From a virus (taxonomy: Duplodnaviria; Caudoviricetes): 64,000 bases of DNA. The position numbers and the translations under genes were made by a program. The notes below the pieces were generated by a model. It ran no database searches. It was not told the origin of the DNA and saw only the letters and a program-made list of their open reading frames with translations. The stretch spans positions 1 to 64,000 of IMG/VR virus record IMGVR_UViG_3300020577_010931; one strand, given 5' to 3'. Of the stretch, positions 24,549-35,386 are shown piece by piece (within the stretch, counting starts at the first letter, position 1; every line of letters begins with the position of its first letter).

Positions 24549-24633
24549 AACTTCTAGCCTTCTCATATACCGGCAGTAGGAAACGTTTCCTGGTACAATG
24601 CCGTTTCTATTATAGCAACCCAAGTGGAGTCTC

Positions 24634-25311
24634 ATGATGGCGGACAAGAGAGCCGATAGTGGCGCGCGAATGATCAAGCTCTATGATGATGTCGGTGGAC
24701 ATATCGATGTCATCGAGGGCTCGGAGTCGCATCGCGCCTTCATTGTTCGCGGTTACACCGAGAACAAGCCGTCTCGCAAGGGGTCGAATCGCCTCGCCGA
24801 CGAGCCGGATGACCCGAAGGGTGATGCTGATACCTACATCGGTACTGCGTCTCCCAATGCGGCGGCCGCGCCGAATCACAACATCGCTCGCCATACCAAT
24901 CTCCAAGCGAACGATGGTCTCGATCCCGGTGTCGAAGTTCTGAATCCGCTGGTTCAGAGTGAGATCGACAAGGAGAAGCTGGCGATTCGCCAGGACAACA
25001 AGGAGAAGGAGCTCGCCGGTGTCGAGGTCGATCACGACAAGGATCGTGAGCGCCTCCAGGCCACGGCGGATCGTCTCTCCGGTGTCGTGGAGAAGCAGCA
25101 GGACATCCTGATGCAGGAGCCGGCCGACGCCGAGAAGGCCCAGATCCAGCCCGGCGCCCCGAGCTCGGCGAATCTGCCGGCGAAGATCAATCCCGACACA
25201 GCGTCGGTGGCTGATCTCAAGAACTTCCTCAAGGCGCATGAGGTGAACTACGGCAACGCTGGCGAGGCGCGTCTTCGCGAACTGGCCCGCGAGGTTCTTT
25301 CGGGCGACTGA
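24634..25311 (+). CDS. Head-region protein with C-terminal HeH/LEM-like motif
   Basis: SVADLKNFLKAHEVNY...RLRELA; position after MCP. Confidence 0.6.
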   Translation: MMADKRADSGARMIKLYDDVGGHIDVIEGSESHRAFIVRGYTENKPSRKGSNRLADEPDDPKGDADTYIGTASPNAAAAPNHNIARHTNLQANDGLDPGVEVLNPLVQSEIDKEKLAIRQDNKEKELAGVEVDHDKDRERLQATADRLSGVVEKQQDILMQEPADAEKAQIQPGAPSSANLPAKINPDTASVADLKNFLKAHEVNYGNAGEARLRELAREVLSGD

Positions 25312-25563
25312 GCCCCGGCAGCGGGTGCGGGGCGGGGGTAAAACCGCTAAGAGCCACTCCCCGCCCCGCAAATGCTCTACCAGTGCCCTACCGCCGCCCG
25401 GCTAGGCCAGTGCCCCGCCCGGCGGCGGGACTGTTTTTAGACCACGCAAACAAGTCCATGTTACGTGCTGTAACAAACGACAGACCAATTTTCGGTCAAA
25501 TTTGATACTGGCGCTGCCCCTGGAAGCCTGCTAGACTGCCTGAAGTACACTTGGAGGCAGGTC

Positions 25564-26088
25564 ATGGCTATCGTAATGGTTGTGGAAGACGGTACCAACG
25601 TCGCTGGAGCGAACAGCTACGTCGATCTCACCTTCGCCAACAACTATCTCCAGTACAACATTCACACAGCCTCGGTTTGGTCTGCTCTGACCGACGATGT
25701 CAAGAAGGCGTGTCTTATTCGAGGGACTCAGGTAGTCGACAACTATTTCAACTATGAGGGTCTGAAGACCTATGACGATAGTGCGCTTCGCTGGCCTCGT
25801 TATGGTGCTGATGATCTTGATGGGATTGTTATCCCAGACAATGTGATTCCGATCCAGCTGAAGCAGGCCGTGTGTGAACTGGCGATGGAGACGTCCCAGG
25901 GAGACATCACAGAAGACCCTGGGTCAGCCGGCCTCAGCGAACTCACCGTGGATGTGATTTCGCTGAAGTTTGACAAGCTCGATCGCCCAACCAACGTGAG
26001 TTCGCTCGTCAAGCAATTGATGAGGACTCTTGGTGACTACGTTGGTCCTGGGTCATTCGTGCGCTTTGCGAAGGTGATTCGGTCGTGA
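25564..26088 (+). CDS. Head-tail adaptor (DnaT-like family)
   Basis: VEDGT.VAGANSYV...ALRWPR. Confidence 0.85.
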   Translation: MAIVMVVEDGTNVAGANSYVDLTFANNYLQYNIHTASVWSALTDDVKKACLIRGTQVVDNYFNYEGLKTYDDSALRWPRYGADDLDGIVIPDNVIPIQLKQAVCELAMETSQGDITEDPGSAGLSELTVDVISLKFDKLDRPTNVSSLVKQLMRTLGDYVGPGSFVRFAKVIRS

Positions 26089-26450
26089 GTCTCAGAGCCA
26101 CTGTCCGAGCCGGCGTCAAGACGGCCATGAAGTCTGTGGGAGATCTGAAGTCAACCTTTACTCTCCTGCATCGAGTCATGGGCGTTTACGATCCGATCAC
26201 GGACACAACGACAGCAACTACGACCTCCACGACGGTGGAAGGTCTTCTCGTGGGCTTCGAGCAGCGAGAGATTGATGGCGAGAATGTGAAAACCGACGAC
26301 CAGCGCGCGTTGATTGATGCAGATCTTCTTCCTGGGATATTCCCGGAGAAGAATGACAAGATCACAATCGATGGTGTGACGTGGAACGTTCAGCGTATCC
26401 TCAGCCCGCCGACCTATCCTCTCTGGATTCTGCAAATTCGCAAGGTGTGA
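26085..26450 (+). CDS. Head closure / stopper protein
   Basis: YDP.T..., IDG..V...D, synteny. Confidence 0.75.
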   Translation: MSLRATVRAGVKTAMKSVGDLKSTFTLLHRVMGVYDPITDTTTATTTSTTVEGLLVGFEQREIDGENVKTDDQRALIDADLLPGIFPEKNDKITIDGVTWNVQRILSPPTYPLWILQIRKV

Positions 26451-26451
26451 T

Positions 26452-26931
26452 ATGCAGATTAGAGTCAAGAGAGAAGATCACATCAACGCTGCGATCAACA
26501 CTGTTCAGAAAGGGGCCGCTGACCTCGTTCGTTCTCGTCTTATTGCAGGTCTACGAGCCTTTCATCAGGAAGTCCTTGCTCGAACTCCGGTACACACGGG
26601 ACGAGCGATCGCGAACTATCAGTGGACTGTGGGCGCTCCTGCGAACGGTGTGGTAGCTCATAGCTCTGGGTCACCTATCGGACAGACGAACAAGTATCCT
26701 CTGGGTATCGAGAATCGCCGCGACGAGAACGAAGCGATCGCGAATGCGAGCTTCGCTGCCCTGGATTTCTCGAATCCCTTCAAGAAGTTCTATCTGACGA
26801 ATAACACTCCATATTTCAACGATCTCGAGTATGGTCGTATTCCAAATAGGGGAAGCCTGAAGCCTCGTACTCCTGCCGGCGGCATCATGCGGGCGGCTGC
26901 GAAGCTGATTCGTTCGAAGAGGAGTTTCTGA
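26452..26931 (+). CDS. Neck/tail completion protein (HK97 gp10-like)
   Basis: TPVHTGRA.ANY; Y...LEYG. Confidence 0.8.
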   Translation: MQIRVKREDHINAAINTVQKGAADLVRSRLIAGLRAFHQEVLARTPVHTGRAIANYQWTVGAPANGVVAHSSGSPIGQTNKYPLGIENRRDENEAIANASFAALDFSNPFKKFYLTNNTPYFNDLEYGRIPNRGSLKPRTPAGGIMRAAAKLIRSKRSF

Positions 26932-27380
26932 TGTCTATGGAGCTTGAGCGTCAGGCGGTCACCTCGTACATCCAGACGAATTGGAATGCGACTTATGGCG
27001 TTCTCTTCTTTGAGGACCAGGACTTTGATCAGCCGGCAGGTCAATTCGTACTTGTCTCTCTTATTCCTGTAGGACAGAGTCAGGTCTCATTTTCTGGGGA
27101 TACCAATCTCTTCAGAAACATCGGAATTCTTCAATTCGATATTCTTGTCCCAGAGGGAACCGGCTCTCGCAGTGCCCGTCTTGCTGGAGACTTCATTATC
27201 GGTCTCATGCGAAACAAGAACTTCCGACTCTCCGATCAAAACGTCGTACAGATTCGAACGCCTGATACTCTTCGCAAGGTCGCCGCTCAGAACGGTCGAG
27301 TCCGCTGGGTAATCTCGTTTGAATACTATCGGGACGAGTTGGGTAACAATCCAGTGCCTCAAACTACAACAGTTCCCTGA
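26931..27380 (+). CDS. Tail terminator protein
   Basis: G.LQFDI.VP.G.G motif, synteny. Confidence 0.75.
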   Translation: MSMELERQAVTSYIQTNWNATYGVLFFEDQDFDQPAGQFVLVSLIPVGQSQVSFSGDTNLFRNIGILQFDILVPEGTGSRSARLAGDFIIGLMRNKNFRLSDQNVVQIRTPDTLRKVAAQNGRVRWVISFEYYRDELGNNPVPQTTTVP

Positions 27381-27388
27381 GTCAAGAC

Positions 27389-27417
27389 TTGCTATTCCCG
27401 TAGGAGTAGCGTAAACT
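27389..27417 (+). promoter_or_regulatory. Sigma70-like promoter for tail tube
   Basis: TTGCTA-N17-TAAACT. Confidence 0.55.
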
Positions 27418-27463
27418 CCCTTGATGGGGCCTACTCTGTTCGCCCTATCCATGGAGTGGGATA

Positions 27464-28975
27464 ATGACGGACGCCAACAGAACCAGAGTAGGCATCGTCG
27501 AAGAGATCAGCTTCGGTGTCATTCCGACGTCTCCGGCCTTCCAGATTCAGCGTTTCACGTCGTCCAGCCTCGTCTTCAATCCGACGACTGTGACGAGCAA
27601 CGAGATTCGCTCGGACCGTCAGGTCGCTGACCTGATTCTGGTGGGTGCCGAGGCGTCCGGTGACCTGGGCTTTGAGCTCTCCTTCGGCTCCTACGATACT
27701 CTCTTCGAGGGTGCCTTCTTCAACGATTGGGTGGAGACACCGAATCGTGTGGGTGCCCAGATCTCCAACGTCAATACGACCCCAGGTGCGATCGGAGTGA
27801 CCTCGGGCGGCGCGGCGTTCCTGCCGATGCTCCTGGTCAAGACGAGTGGCTTCGCTCTTTCGGCGAACAACAAGGTAGTCGAAGTCACCACGGGTGGCTC
27901 AGGTACTTCGATTCCTTTCGTCTCTCCGTCGTTCTCTTCGGAAGCTTCTCCTCCGACGACGGCTCGCCTCAAGGTTGTTGGTCTCCGTGGTGACGCTGGT
28001 GATATTTCGTCCAATTCGGGCGGGAAGTACATCGAGTCGGCGGGCGACACGGTCTTCACCGACTTCACCTATTCGGCGGGTGTTCGTGACTGGGGACTCC
28101 GTGCTGGCATGTGGGTGAAGCTGAAGGGCTTCGCCACCGCTGCGAACAACGGATTTGCTCGAATCGCTTCCATCACGGCGACCCGCATCACCTTCGATGT
28201 TGTCCCCACTGGATGGGCGACCGAGTCGGCTCCCGTCACTTCGGTTGACATCCTCTTCGGCGACTACATCCGGAACGGTATCGTCGAGAAGAGCTACTCG
28301 GTCCAGCAGGCGTACCTCGCCAATGCGCAGTATCAGTATCTGCGCGGCATGGAGGTCTCTTCGCTTGCTCTGAGCCTCGAATCCCAGTCGATCATGACCG
28401 GGACGTTCTCGCTGATGGGCAAGGACGGTCAGTATTGCCCGGCCTCGTTCACTGGCAATCTCGCGTTCGCTGATGCGACCGACGTGGTCGCGGTCACCTC
28501 CGGTGTTCCGACCGGCGCTACTCTCATCGACTCTTCCGTCACGGACGTGCTCAACACCTCGTCCAACGTCGGTCGTATCGCTGAGAATGGTGTTCGTATC
28601 AGCGGTCCCAACTACGTCATGTCGGCGCAGTTCACCATCGAGAACAACCTTCGCATGCAGAATGCGATCGGCTCGCTGGGCGCCATCGGCATCGGAGTCG
28701 GTACCTGCACCATCACCGGCACTCTGAACGCCTATTTCGGTGACGCCACTCTCCTGGCGAAGGTCATCGGCAACACCGCGACGAGCTTCGACTTCGTCGT
28801 GGGCCGTGACGACACCGGATACATGCTGTTCGACATGCCGCGTGTCAAGTTCTCGTCGGGCACGACCCCGGTCTCGGGCATCAACACCGACGTCATGCAG
28901 GAACTCGGCTTCCAGGCCATCATGGACAAGGTCCTGGGATACCAGATTCACTGCCAGAAGTTCGAGTACGTCTGA
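27464..28975 (+). CDS. Major tail tube protein
   Basis: EE..FG..P, SNEIR.DRQ..D, G....GD...ELSFG; synteny. Confidence 0.85.
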   Translation: MTDANRTRVGIVEEISFGVIPTSPAFQIQRFTSSSLVFNPTTVTSNEIRSDRQVADLILVGAEASGDLGFELSFGSYDTLFEGAFFNDWVETPNRVGAQISNVNTTPGAIGVTSGGAAFLPMLLVKTSGFALSANNKVVEVTTGGSGTSIPFVSPSFSSEASPPTTARLKVVGLRGDAGDISSNSGGKYIESAGDTVFTDFTYSAGVRDWGLRAGMWVKLKGFATAANNGFARIASITATRITFDVVPTGWATESAPVTSVDILFGDYIRNGIVEKSYSVQQAYLANAQYQYLRGMEVSSLALSLESQSIMTGTFSLMGKDGQYCPASFTGNLAFADATDVVAVTSGVPTGATLIDSSVTDVLNTSSNVGRIAENGVRISGPNYVMSAQFTIENNLRMQNAIGSLGAIGIGVGTCTITGTLNAYFGDATLLAKVIGNTATSFDFVVGRDDTGYMLFDMPRVKFSSGTTPVSGINTDVMQELGFQAIMDKVLGYQIHCQKFEYV

Positions 28976-28999
28976 TCCACTCAGACGCCTCGTCGATCT

Positions 29000-29030
29000 A
29001 GGGCGGGAGAGAACCTCCCGCCTTTCTTTT
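29000..29030 (+). terminator. Intrinsic terminator
   Basis: GGCGGGAG/CTCCCGCC then TTTCTTTT. Confidence 0.8.
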
Positions 29031-29087
29031 ATACTTGCTCCACCTGGTACCTCTGGAATATTCTAAACCTCCAACGTAGGAGGTTTC

Positions 29088-29492
29088 ATGGTTTCCGCTT
29101 TTGCCCGTCGCTTCAAGACCAACAAGAGTCTCGAGGAGGACGGTACCTGGGTCGACATCGGCGACGATATTTCGCTGAAGATTCGTCGCTTCAACTCGGA
29201 GAAGTCTCAGGAAGTTCGCCGCCGTCTGGAGAAGCCGTACGCCCACATGACCCGTCAGGGTCGTGCGCTTCCCACGAAGACGAACGAAGAGATCACCAAG
29301 AAGCAGATCATCGAGGTCATTCTCGTTGATTGGAAGGGCATCACCGACGACAATGGTGAGGTCATTCCCTACAGTCTTGAGAACGCGAAGAAGCTTCTCG
29401 AGACGAAGGACTTCATGGACGAGGTGGCTCGTCTTTCGCTCAACGAGCAGCTTTTCAAGGATGAGGCGCTCAAGGAAGACGAGGGAAACTGA
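29088..29492 (+). CDS. Tail assembly chaperone (gpG-like)
   Basis: Position; promoter TTGCTC-N18-TATTCT at 29035-29064; ends in a slippery site. Confidence 0.85.
   Translation: MVSAFARRFKTNKSLEEDGTWVDIGDDISLKIRRFNSEKSQEVRRRLEKPYAHMTRQGRALPTKTNEEITKKQIIEVILVDWKGITDDNGEVIPYSLENAKKLLETKDFMDEVARLSLNEQLFKDEALKEDEGN
29483..29489 (+). other. Programmed -1 frameshift site G GGA AAC
   Basis: XXXYYYZ heptamer just before TGA; -1 frame is open into the 29552-29863 ORF. Confidence 0.85.
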
Positions 29493-29863
29493 TAGAGTAT
29501 CTGGACTGGTCTCTTTCTCCAGCAGTCCAGAACATCGAATTCCTCTGGAGAATGAAGGAAGAGTTTGACGAACCTATCCCAGCGATCGATGATGCTCCCG
29601 TCCTTTGGCCTCATCTTCGCTGGGTCTGGATCTGTTTTGTAGAGCTATCGCGTACTCGTCAGTTCACACAGGTGATCAACGCGATTTCCTATCAGGAGAT
29701 TTTAGCCTATAGTCAACTTCACGAAATAGGCTATGATGACCTTCGCGAGTTGCTCCATTTCGTACCTAAGTTGGACGCGCATCTAGTAGCGAAGAAGACG
29801 AAGGAAGCGAGAGACGAGATGGACAAAGCGAAGAATCGCCCACGACCAGGATCTCATAAATGA
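29489..29863 (+). CDS. Frameshift extension of the tail chaperone (gpGT-like)
   Basis: LIEYLDW...P.LWPHLRWVW..F.ELSR.RQ. Confidence 0.8.
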   Translation: MIEYLDWSLSPAVQNIEFLWRMKEEFDEPIPAIDDAPVLWPHLRWVWICFVELSRTRQFTQVINAISYQEILAYSQLHEIGYDDLRELLHFVPKLDAHLVAKKTKEARDEMDKAKNRPRPGSHK

Positions 29864-32800
29864 CCGACACCATCGGCAAGGCCACATATGAGATCGATGC
29901 CACCTCAGCAGAGGCTGGTGCGAAGAAGGTCGTTGCGGCCCTCAATTCGATCAAGAAGGCTGTTGACAGCCTGAATAAAGCGAAGGTCACTGGTATCCAA
30001 CAGTTGACCGCCGCTATTTCTGCGATGGCTCAGCTTCGCGCCCCGAGTGCCGCCCTCGTCTCTGGGATCACGGCACTCGGGGCTGCGATGTCCTCGTACA
30101 AGGCTCCTTCCCAGGCTGCGGTTACGAACACGCAGAATTTCCTGAACGCCCTCTCCAACATGAAGGCGGGCAGTTCTGCTGTCATCAATCGCATTGCGAC
30201 TCTGAGTTCTGCGTTCGGCGCTTTCAAGGCTCCGACTGCGGCTCAGACGAAGAGAGTTGTTGACTTCTTCAATGCCGTCAACAGCCTCAAGCCGAGCGCG
30301 ACATTCAATACGGTCGTCGCCGGACTGAACAAAGTTGCTCAGGCAGCCTCCGTCGCGGCGACGGAGATGGCGAAGCTCCAGACGATCATCAACGGCATCC
30401 ATATGAGGATGACCGGCCTTCCGAGATCTCTGAGCGGGGCAGCCAATGGATTCAAGAGCACGGCTCACTCGTCAGAGCTTCTGAAGAAGTCTCTGTTCGA
30501 TACTGTCGCTGTTCTTCAGACTCTAACTGGATTCCTGGCGTTCAGAGAAATCCTAGGAGCTTCAGCGAATCTAGAGACTGCTCGAAGCACTCTCCTGGGG
30601 GTCAGTGATTCAGCCAGAGAAGCTGCTGATTCGTTTTCCTATCTGGCTGCTCGGTCTCTCGATATCGGTGTTTCGCTCACTGAACTTGGTCGTCCTTTTG
30701 CTCGATTCACGGTCGCAGCCAAGAATGCGGGTTTCTCGACGAAAGAGATTCGAGACGCATTCGACAATGTCTCCGGAGCAGCTAGAAACTTCGGTCTGTC
30801 GGCTGCGGATACCGCAGGTGTCGTTCGAGCTCTGGAGCAGTCTCTCTCCAAGGGCAAGTTCATGGCTGAAGAAATCAGACTTCAGCTCGGTGATCGTCTG
30901 CCTATCGCTATGGCTGCACTGGCCCAGGCGACCGGAAAGACGACACGCGAACTGAATAGTATGTTCGAGGCCGGTGTTCTCTTTACTGATCAGTATTTCA
31001 AGCCGTTCACTCAGGCTCTGTTCGACATGTCTGGTGGCGAGGAGGCTCTGGCTCGTAACAGCGAGGGTCTGAATGCCTCGCTGTCTCGGCTGCAGACTGG
31101 TTTCGCTCTGGTCGCGGATGCTATCGGTCGTGGTGGTCTGAACCAGGCGATCAAGGATTTTGCTGATGCTCTAGTCAGCTTTATCACTTCGGACGATGGA
31201 CAGAGATTCTTCCTGGGTCTCGGAAAAGTTGTGGCTATCGCAGGTCGCGCTTTTCTTCTCATCGCTGAGAATATCGATCGGGTCATCCAGGGAGCCATCA
31301 TTCTCTATTCGGTGAAGCTCGGTCTAATGTTCACCTCTTGGGTGACTGGAGGCAGCGCGTTCATCAGAATACTTCGCCTCATGTTTGCTCAGATGGGGAA
31401 TCTGACCAATCAGATGCGAATCCTTGGCGTTGCAATGAAGGGGATGTGGCTTTCGACTGGTGTCGGTGCCGCGATTGTTGCTATCACCTTCCTTATGACA
31501 GAATTGATTGGCACAACGAGTGCTCTGGAGGAGGCTACCATTGCCCAGAATGATCTGGAAATGGAAAGAGCTCGTCTGGGAAATCAGAGCGCTGAGAGCA
31601 TCCGAGATCTAGCTGCGGCGTATGCCGAAGCTGACGAAGAACAGAGAAAGGTTCTGTTGAATGAAGCCAATCTTCAGAAGATGCAGGCAGAGACGGCGGC
31701 CGCAAAGACTAGAACAGCGGCAAGCGATACTCTTGGAGATTACTTCCTTGAGATGCCCTATTCTTCTGTAGAACATCCTGGACAGGTTGATCAGGTTCCT
31801 ATCTTCAACGTGGTCATTCCTGATGAGGCCACTCCGGAGGATAGAGTAGCTATTGAGTCGTACACCAAATCTATCATTGAGCAGATGAAGAACGGGTTCC
31901 AGGATCTTCCTCTTCTTAAGACGACTATGACTGACTTTGGAGCGGTCATCAATAAAGTCGCCACTAGCACTTCGGATACTGATTTTCAGGCGTTCGCGGT
32001 CACCTTTGGCGAACTGTATAAGAGCGTTGATGACACGACAACTTCGCTTGAACTGGCGCAGATGTTGATCGACGCCTACACTCAGGCTCAGCAGGGGGCT
32101 ATCGAAGCGAATGGAACGGCTGCTGATTCTTTCCAGGAACTGTCGAAGGGTCTGACGGATTGGCACAAGGATATTGATGAAGCTCTAGCGAAGGAGCGTT
32201 TGAGGACGATTTCTCTTCTCGAAGGAGAAGATGCTGCGAAGAGAGTAGAACTGACTGAGAAAGGAATGGCCGAAGCCTTGGGGCTTTCAGGAAGTCAGTT
32301 TTTGGATGAAAGAGATAAGATTCTTGAGTCCGTTGATGCTCTTATGGCGAGAATCAAGGCAAACGATCTTCTTGAGGCACAGAATAAAGCAGATGCAACT
32401 ATAAAGAATCTGCAGGACGAAGTTCGTGTTCTCCAGGCTGTTCGTCTGGGCTACGAAGATTCTGTCGAGGTTGCTGGAAAGCTGATGGAGCTGACCAGAA
32501 ATCTTCAAGCTGTCGGTGAAGATCCAGATGCCATTAAGGAGAGAGTTGCTGATCTTCGGGCCTTCCTTGAACTGAAACAGAAAGAATTGGACTTTGCCGA
32601 TGCCGCGAAGACGAGAACTGATGTTGCTCGTGGTGTCGTAGACGATATCGCGACCGAACGTCTTCGCTACATGGCGTTGACGCAGAGCAAGGAAGCTGCC
32701 GATGCTTTTGCACTCGAGGCGAAAGCAATGGCTGCGACCCTGGGTCTCAACTCTCAGGAAGCCGAGAAGTATCGCGACAGAATTCTTCGCCTCAATAATG

Positions 32801-35040
32801 TTCTGGAGAAATTCAAGACTCTCAACGAGAGAATTGAAGCTATCCAGGCGCTTAGAGGAAAGATGGATGACCTTGAGACAGAAATCTATCTTCAGAAGCA
32901 ATTCAATGCTGGTCAGATCACCAATATCGAATTGGCGAAGCAGGAACTTGCTGCTCAGGAAGCTCTTTCCAAAACTGGCATGAACCCGGATAAGGTTAAA
33001 GAGCTCACTCTACAGTATAGTCAACAGCTTCAGGAATTGAAGAAACTTCAGGAATACCAGGATTCCAAGGAAACTCGGGTCAGTATTCTCGATAACCTCG
33101 AAAAGGAAATTGAGGCTCAGAGAGCGAAGACTATTGCATTGACTGAAGGAGAAGAGGCTGCTGCGCAGTACACACTGACCCAGGAGGCTCTGTCTGCAAC
33201 TATCGGGATGACTGGAGAAGAGATTCAGCAGTGGCTGGAAAGCGCCATGGCTGTGAATCAGACACTTCAGGATATTACCGATACGAACAAACGTCTCGAG
33301 GCTACTCAAAACGCCGAAAAGACAATTGCTGACATGCAGGCTGAAAATCAGCTTCAACTTCTCTATAACATGGGGTTGATCGATTCCGTTGAATTGGCGA
33401 AAGAAGAACTTGCGGTTCGCAAGGCTTTGGAAGATGCCGATGTCGGTGCAGATGATGTTAGAAGATTGACTGAAGAGTGGAGAAAGGCTGCCGCTGAAAG
33501 AGAGAAGTATGCTGCTCAAGGGGCGGCCGAGGATCATCTCAAGGAGCTTCAGGATGAAATTGATGCCCTGGGTCTCGCCGGTGCGGCTCTAGACGAATAC
33601 AATCGCGCCCGAGAGCATTCGGAAAATATTGAGAAGGGAGTGTCTCAGGCGACTGCTGATCAGATTTCGGCTGTTCAGGAGGTCATTGACGCTTATAAGA
33701 GATACGAAGATGCTATTTCGTCAAAGGATAAGGCTGCGGCGACGGCGGCTTATAACGAGCTGGTACGTTTGCATGAAAACGCACAGACGACTTCGAGTTT
33801 CATTGATCGCGCAATCGCCTGGCTTGAGAATCTCGGCAAGTGGGGTTCCTGGGCTGCTTCGATTCTAAAAGTCGTTGCTGACGTTTTCGGATTCCTTCAT
33901 GGTCAGGGAACTCCGGATTTCGCGCTGCCCCAGGATCCAGCCACGATGGATATTAAGTGGAGCGGCGGAGGCGGTGGAGGAAAGGATAAGCAGGACGTCT
34001 TCAAGGACTGGGCCGATGGTATCCGTGAGCGTATCGCGGATGAGCAGCTTGAGATGAAGACGATTGATATGACAGCAGGAGCGATTGAGCGTCTAAAGGC
34101 TCAGCAGGATCTCGAAAACGAGATCAAGAAAGAGGGTCTGACCCTCACTGCGGCGGACATTGCTGCTCGCGATGAGCTTCTCCAGAAATTGGAGCAGGAA
34201 ATCGATGCTCGGGCTCGTCTCGAAGCTATCCACAATGTTCAGAAGACCCTGGATGATCTGAATCAAGAAGCTGAAGCTATCCGTATGACTCTAGATGGTC
34301 GTGCCAAGAGTCTGGAGATGGCGAAGCAGGAACTGGAGATCAGAAAGGCCCTGGGTGAAGTCGGGGTTCCGATTGCTGAAATCGATGGGTATGTCCAGTC
34401 GATTCAGTCGGCTACCGAAAGAAACAAAGAGCTGAATCAGCAGCTTGATGAGCAGCAGGCTCTCGCTGATGGTGTCGGTTCGGCTCTTTCTGACGCCTTC
34501 AAGTCAGCCATTCTCGACGCGAAGAGCTTCATGGAAGTGTTGGCTGATCTTGCTCTTCAGTTGGCTCAGCTCGCCTTCACTCAGTCGATCTTCCCGGCTA
34601 TTTCCTCTGGGGCCGGTGACATTCTCGGTGGTCTCTTCAGCGCCATCGGACTCGCGAAGGGCGGAGTTGTCTCTGGTGGAAACGTCCTGAACGAGTACGG
34701 TAAAGGATCAGTCTTCACTGGCCCAACTCCGTTCGCCATGTCTGGAAACAAGACTGGTGTGATCGGTGAGGCTGGTCCTGAAGCCGGCCTTCCCCTTGTC
34801 CGTATGCCGAATGGAGATCTCGGTGTCCAGTACATGGGTGGAAATGGTGACAACTACACCGAGAACAACATTCACGTGAGCGTAGAGGGCGGAAGCTCTG
34901 GAAGCGCGGCAGATGACGAGAAGCTCGCGAACAAGATCGCAAAAACTGTTCAGCAGTCTCTTGATACTCGAATTGATCAGAGGCTTCAGAAGTGGACCAA
35001 GCCCGGTGCGGCGCTTGGTCGTGGAGGATTCGCGAGATGA
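29860..35040 (+). CDS. Tape measure protein
   Basis: 1726 aa helical; SKGKFMAEE...QLGDRLP tape-measure motif; GEAGPEA C-terminus. Confidence 0.95.
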   Translation: MTDTIGKATYEIDATSAEAGAKKVVAALNSIKKAVDSLNKAKVTGIQQLTAAISAMAQLRAPSAALVSGITALGAAMSSYKAPSQAAVTNTQNFLNALSNMKAGSSAVINRIATLSSAFGAFKAPTAAQTKRVVDFFNAVNSLKPSATFNTVVAGLNKVAQAASVAATEMAKLQTIINGIHMRMTGLPRSLSGAANGFKSTAHSSELLKKSLFDTVAVLQTLTGFLAFREILGASANLETARSTLLGVSDSAREAADSFSYLAARSLDIGVSLTELGRPFARFTVAAKNAGFSTKEIRDAFDNVSGAARNFGLSAADTAGVVRALEQSLSKGKFMAEEIRLQLGDRLPIAMAALAQATGKTTRELNSMFEAGVLFTDQYFKPFTQALFDMSGGEEALARNSEGLNASLSRLQTGFALVADAIGRGGLNQAIKDFADALVSFITSDDGQRFFLGLGKVVAIAGRAFLLIAENIDRVIQGAIILYSVKLGLMFTSWVTGGSAFIRILRLMFAQMGNLTNQMRILGVAMKGMWLSTGVGAAIVAITFLMTELIGTTSALEEATIAQNDLEMERARLGNQSAESIRDLAAAYAEADEEQRKVLLNEANLQKMQAETAAAKTRTAASDTLGDYFLEMPYSSVEHPGQVDQVPIFNVVIPDEATPEDRVAIESYTKSIIEQMKNGFQDLPLLKTTMTDFGAVINKVATSTSDTDFQAFAVTFGELYKSVDDTTTSLELAQMLIDAYTQAQQGAIEANGTAADSFQELSKGLTDWHKDIDEALAKERLRTISLLEGEDAAKRVELTEKGMAEALGLSGSQFLDERDKILESVDALMARIKANDLLEAQNKADATIKNLQDEVRVLQAVRLGYEDSVEVAGKLMELTRNLQAVGEDPDAIKERVADLRAFLELKQKELDFADAAKTRTDVARGVVDDIATERLRYMALTQSKEAADAFALEAKAMAATLGLNSQEAEKYRDRILRLNNVLEKFKTLNERIEAIQALRGKMDDLETEIYLQKQFNAGQITNIELAKQELAAQEALSKTGMNPDKVKELTLQYSQQLQELKKLQEYQDSKETRVSILDNLEKEIEAQRAKTIALTEGEEAAAQYTLTQEALSATIGMTGEEIQQWLESAMAVNQTLQDITDTNKRLEATQNAEKTIADMQAENQLQLLYNMGLIDSVELAKEELAVRKALEDADVGADDVRRLTEEWRKAAAEREKYAAQGAAEDHLKELQDEIDALGLAGAALDEYNRAREHSENIEKGVSQATADQISAVQEVIDAYKRYEDAISSKDKAAATAAYNELVRLHENAQTTSSFIDRAIAWLENLGKWGSWAASILKVVADVFGFLHGQGTPDFALPQDPATMDIKWSGGGGGGKDKQDVFKDWADGIRERIADEQLEMKTIDMTAGAIERLKAQQDLENEIKKEGLTLTAADIAARDELLQKLEQEIDARARLEAIHNVQKTLDDLNQEAEAIRMTLDGRAKSLEMAKQELEIRKALGEVGVPIAEIDGYVQSIQSATERNKELNQQLDEQQALADGVGSALSDAFKSAILDAKSFMEVLADLALQLAQLAFTQSIFPAISSGAGDILGGLFSAIGLAKGGVVSGGNVLNEYGKGSVFTGPTPFAMSGNKTGVIGEAGPEAGLPLVRMPNGDLGVQYMGGNGDNYTENNIHVSVEGGSSGSAADDEKLANKIAKTVQQSLDTRIDQRLQKWTKPGAALGRGGFAR

Positions 35041-35384
35041 CACTCTTCGCCCCAACAACGAATCCGGACTATTCGTCTCAGGTAGATTCGGAAATCACTG
35101 TAGACACTCAGCAGTATGGAGATGGCTACGAGTCTCGTGCCACGACTTCACTGAATCCTGTTCGGCAGAAGTTTCAGCTTTCCTGGAATGTCCTGCCTCG
35201 AGAGGAAGCTCTCACCTATGAACGATTCATGCTCGAAAGGAAAGGTGTCGAATCCTTCGAGTATGTTCTCCCTGGGGAAGACGAAGTGAAGAAGTGGGTG
35301 TGTCGTGCCAAGGTTTCACGTCAGTATGTGGCACCTGGATACGATACGATCAGCTTCCAAATTGAACAAGTGTTCGAGTTCTGA
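35037..35384 (+). CDS. Distal tail protein (lambda gpM-like)
   Basis: YGDGYE.R....LN; F.FEQVFE. Confidence 0.85.
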   Translation: MTLFAPTTNPDYSSQVDSEITVDTQQYGDGYESRATTSLNPVRQKFQLSWNVLPREEALTYERFMLERKGVESFEYVLPGEDEVKKWVCRAKVSRQYVAPGYDTISFQIEQVFEF

Positions 35385-35386
35385 CG

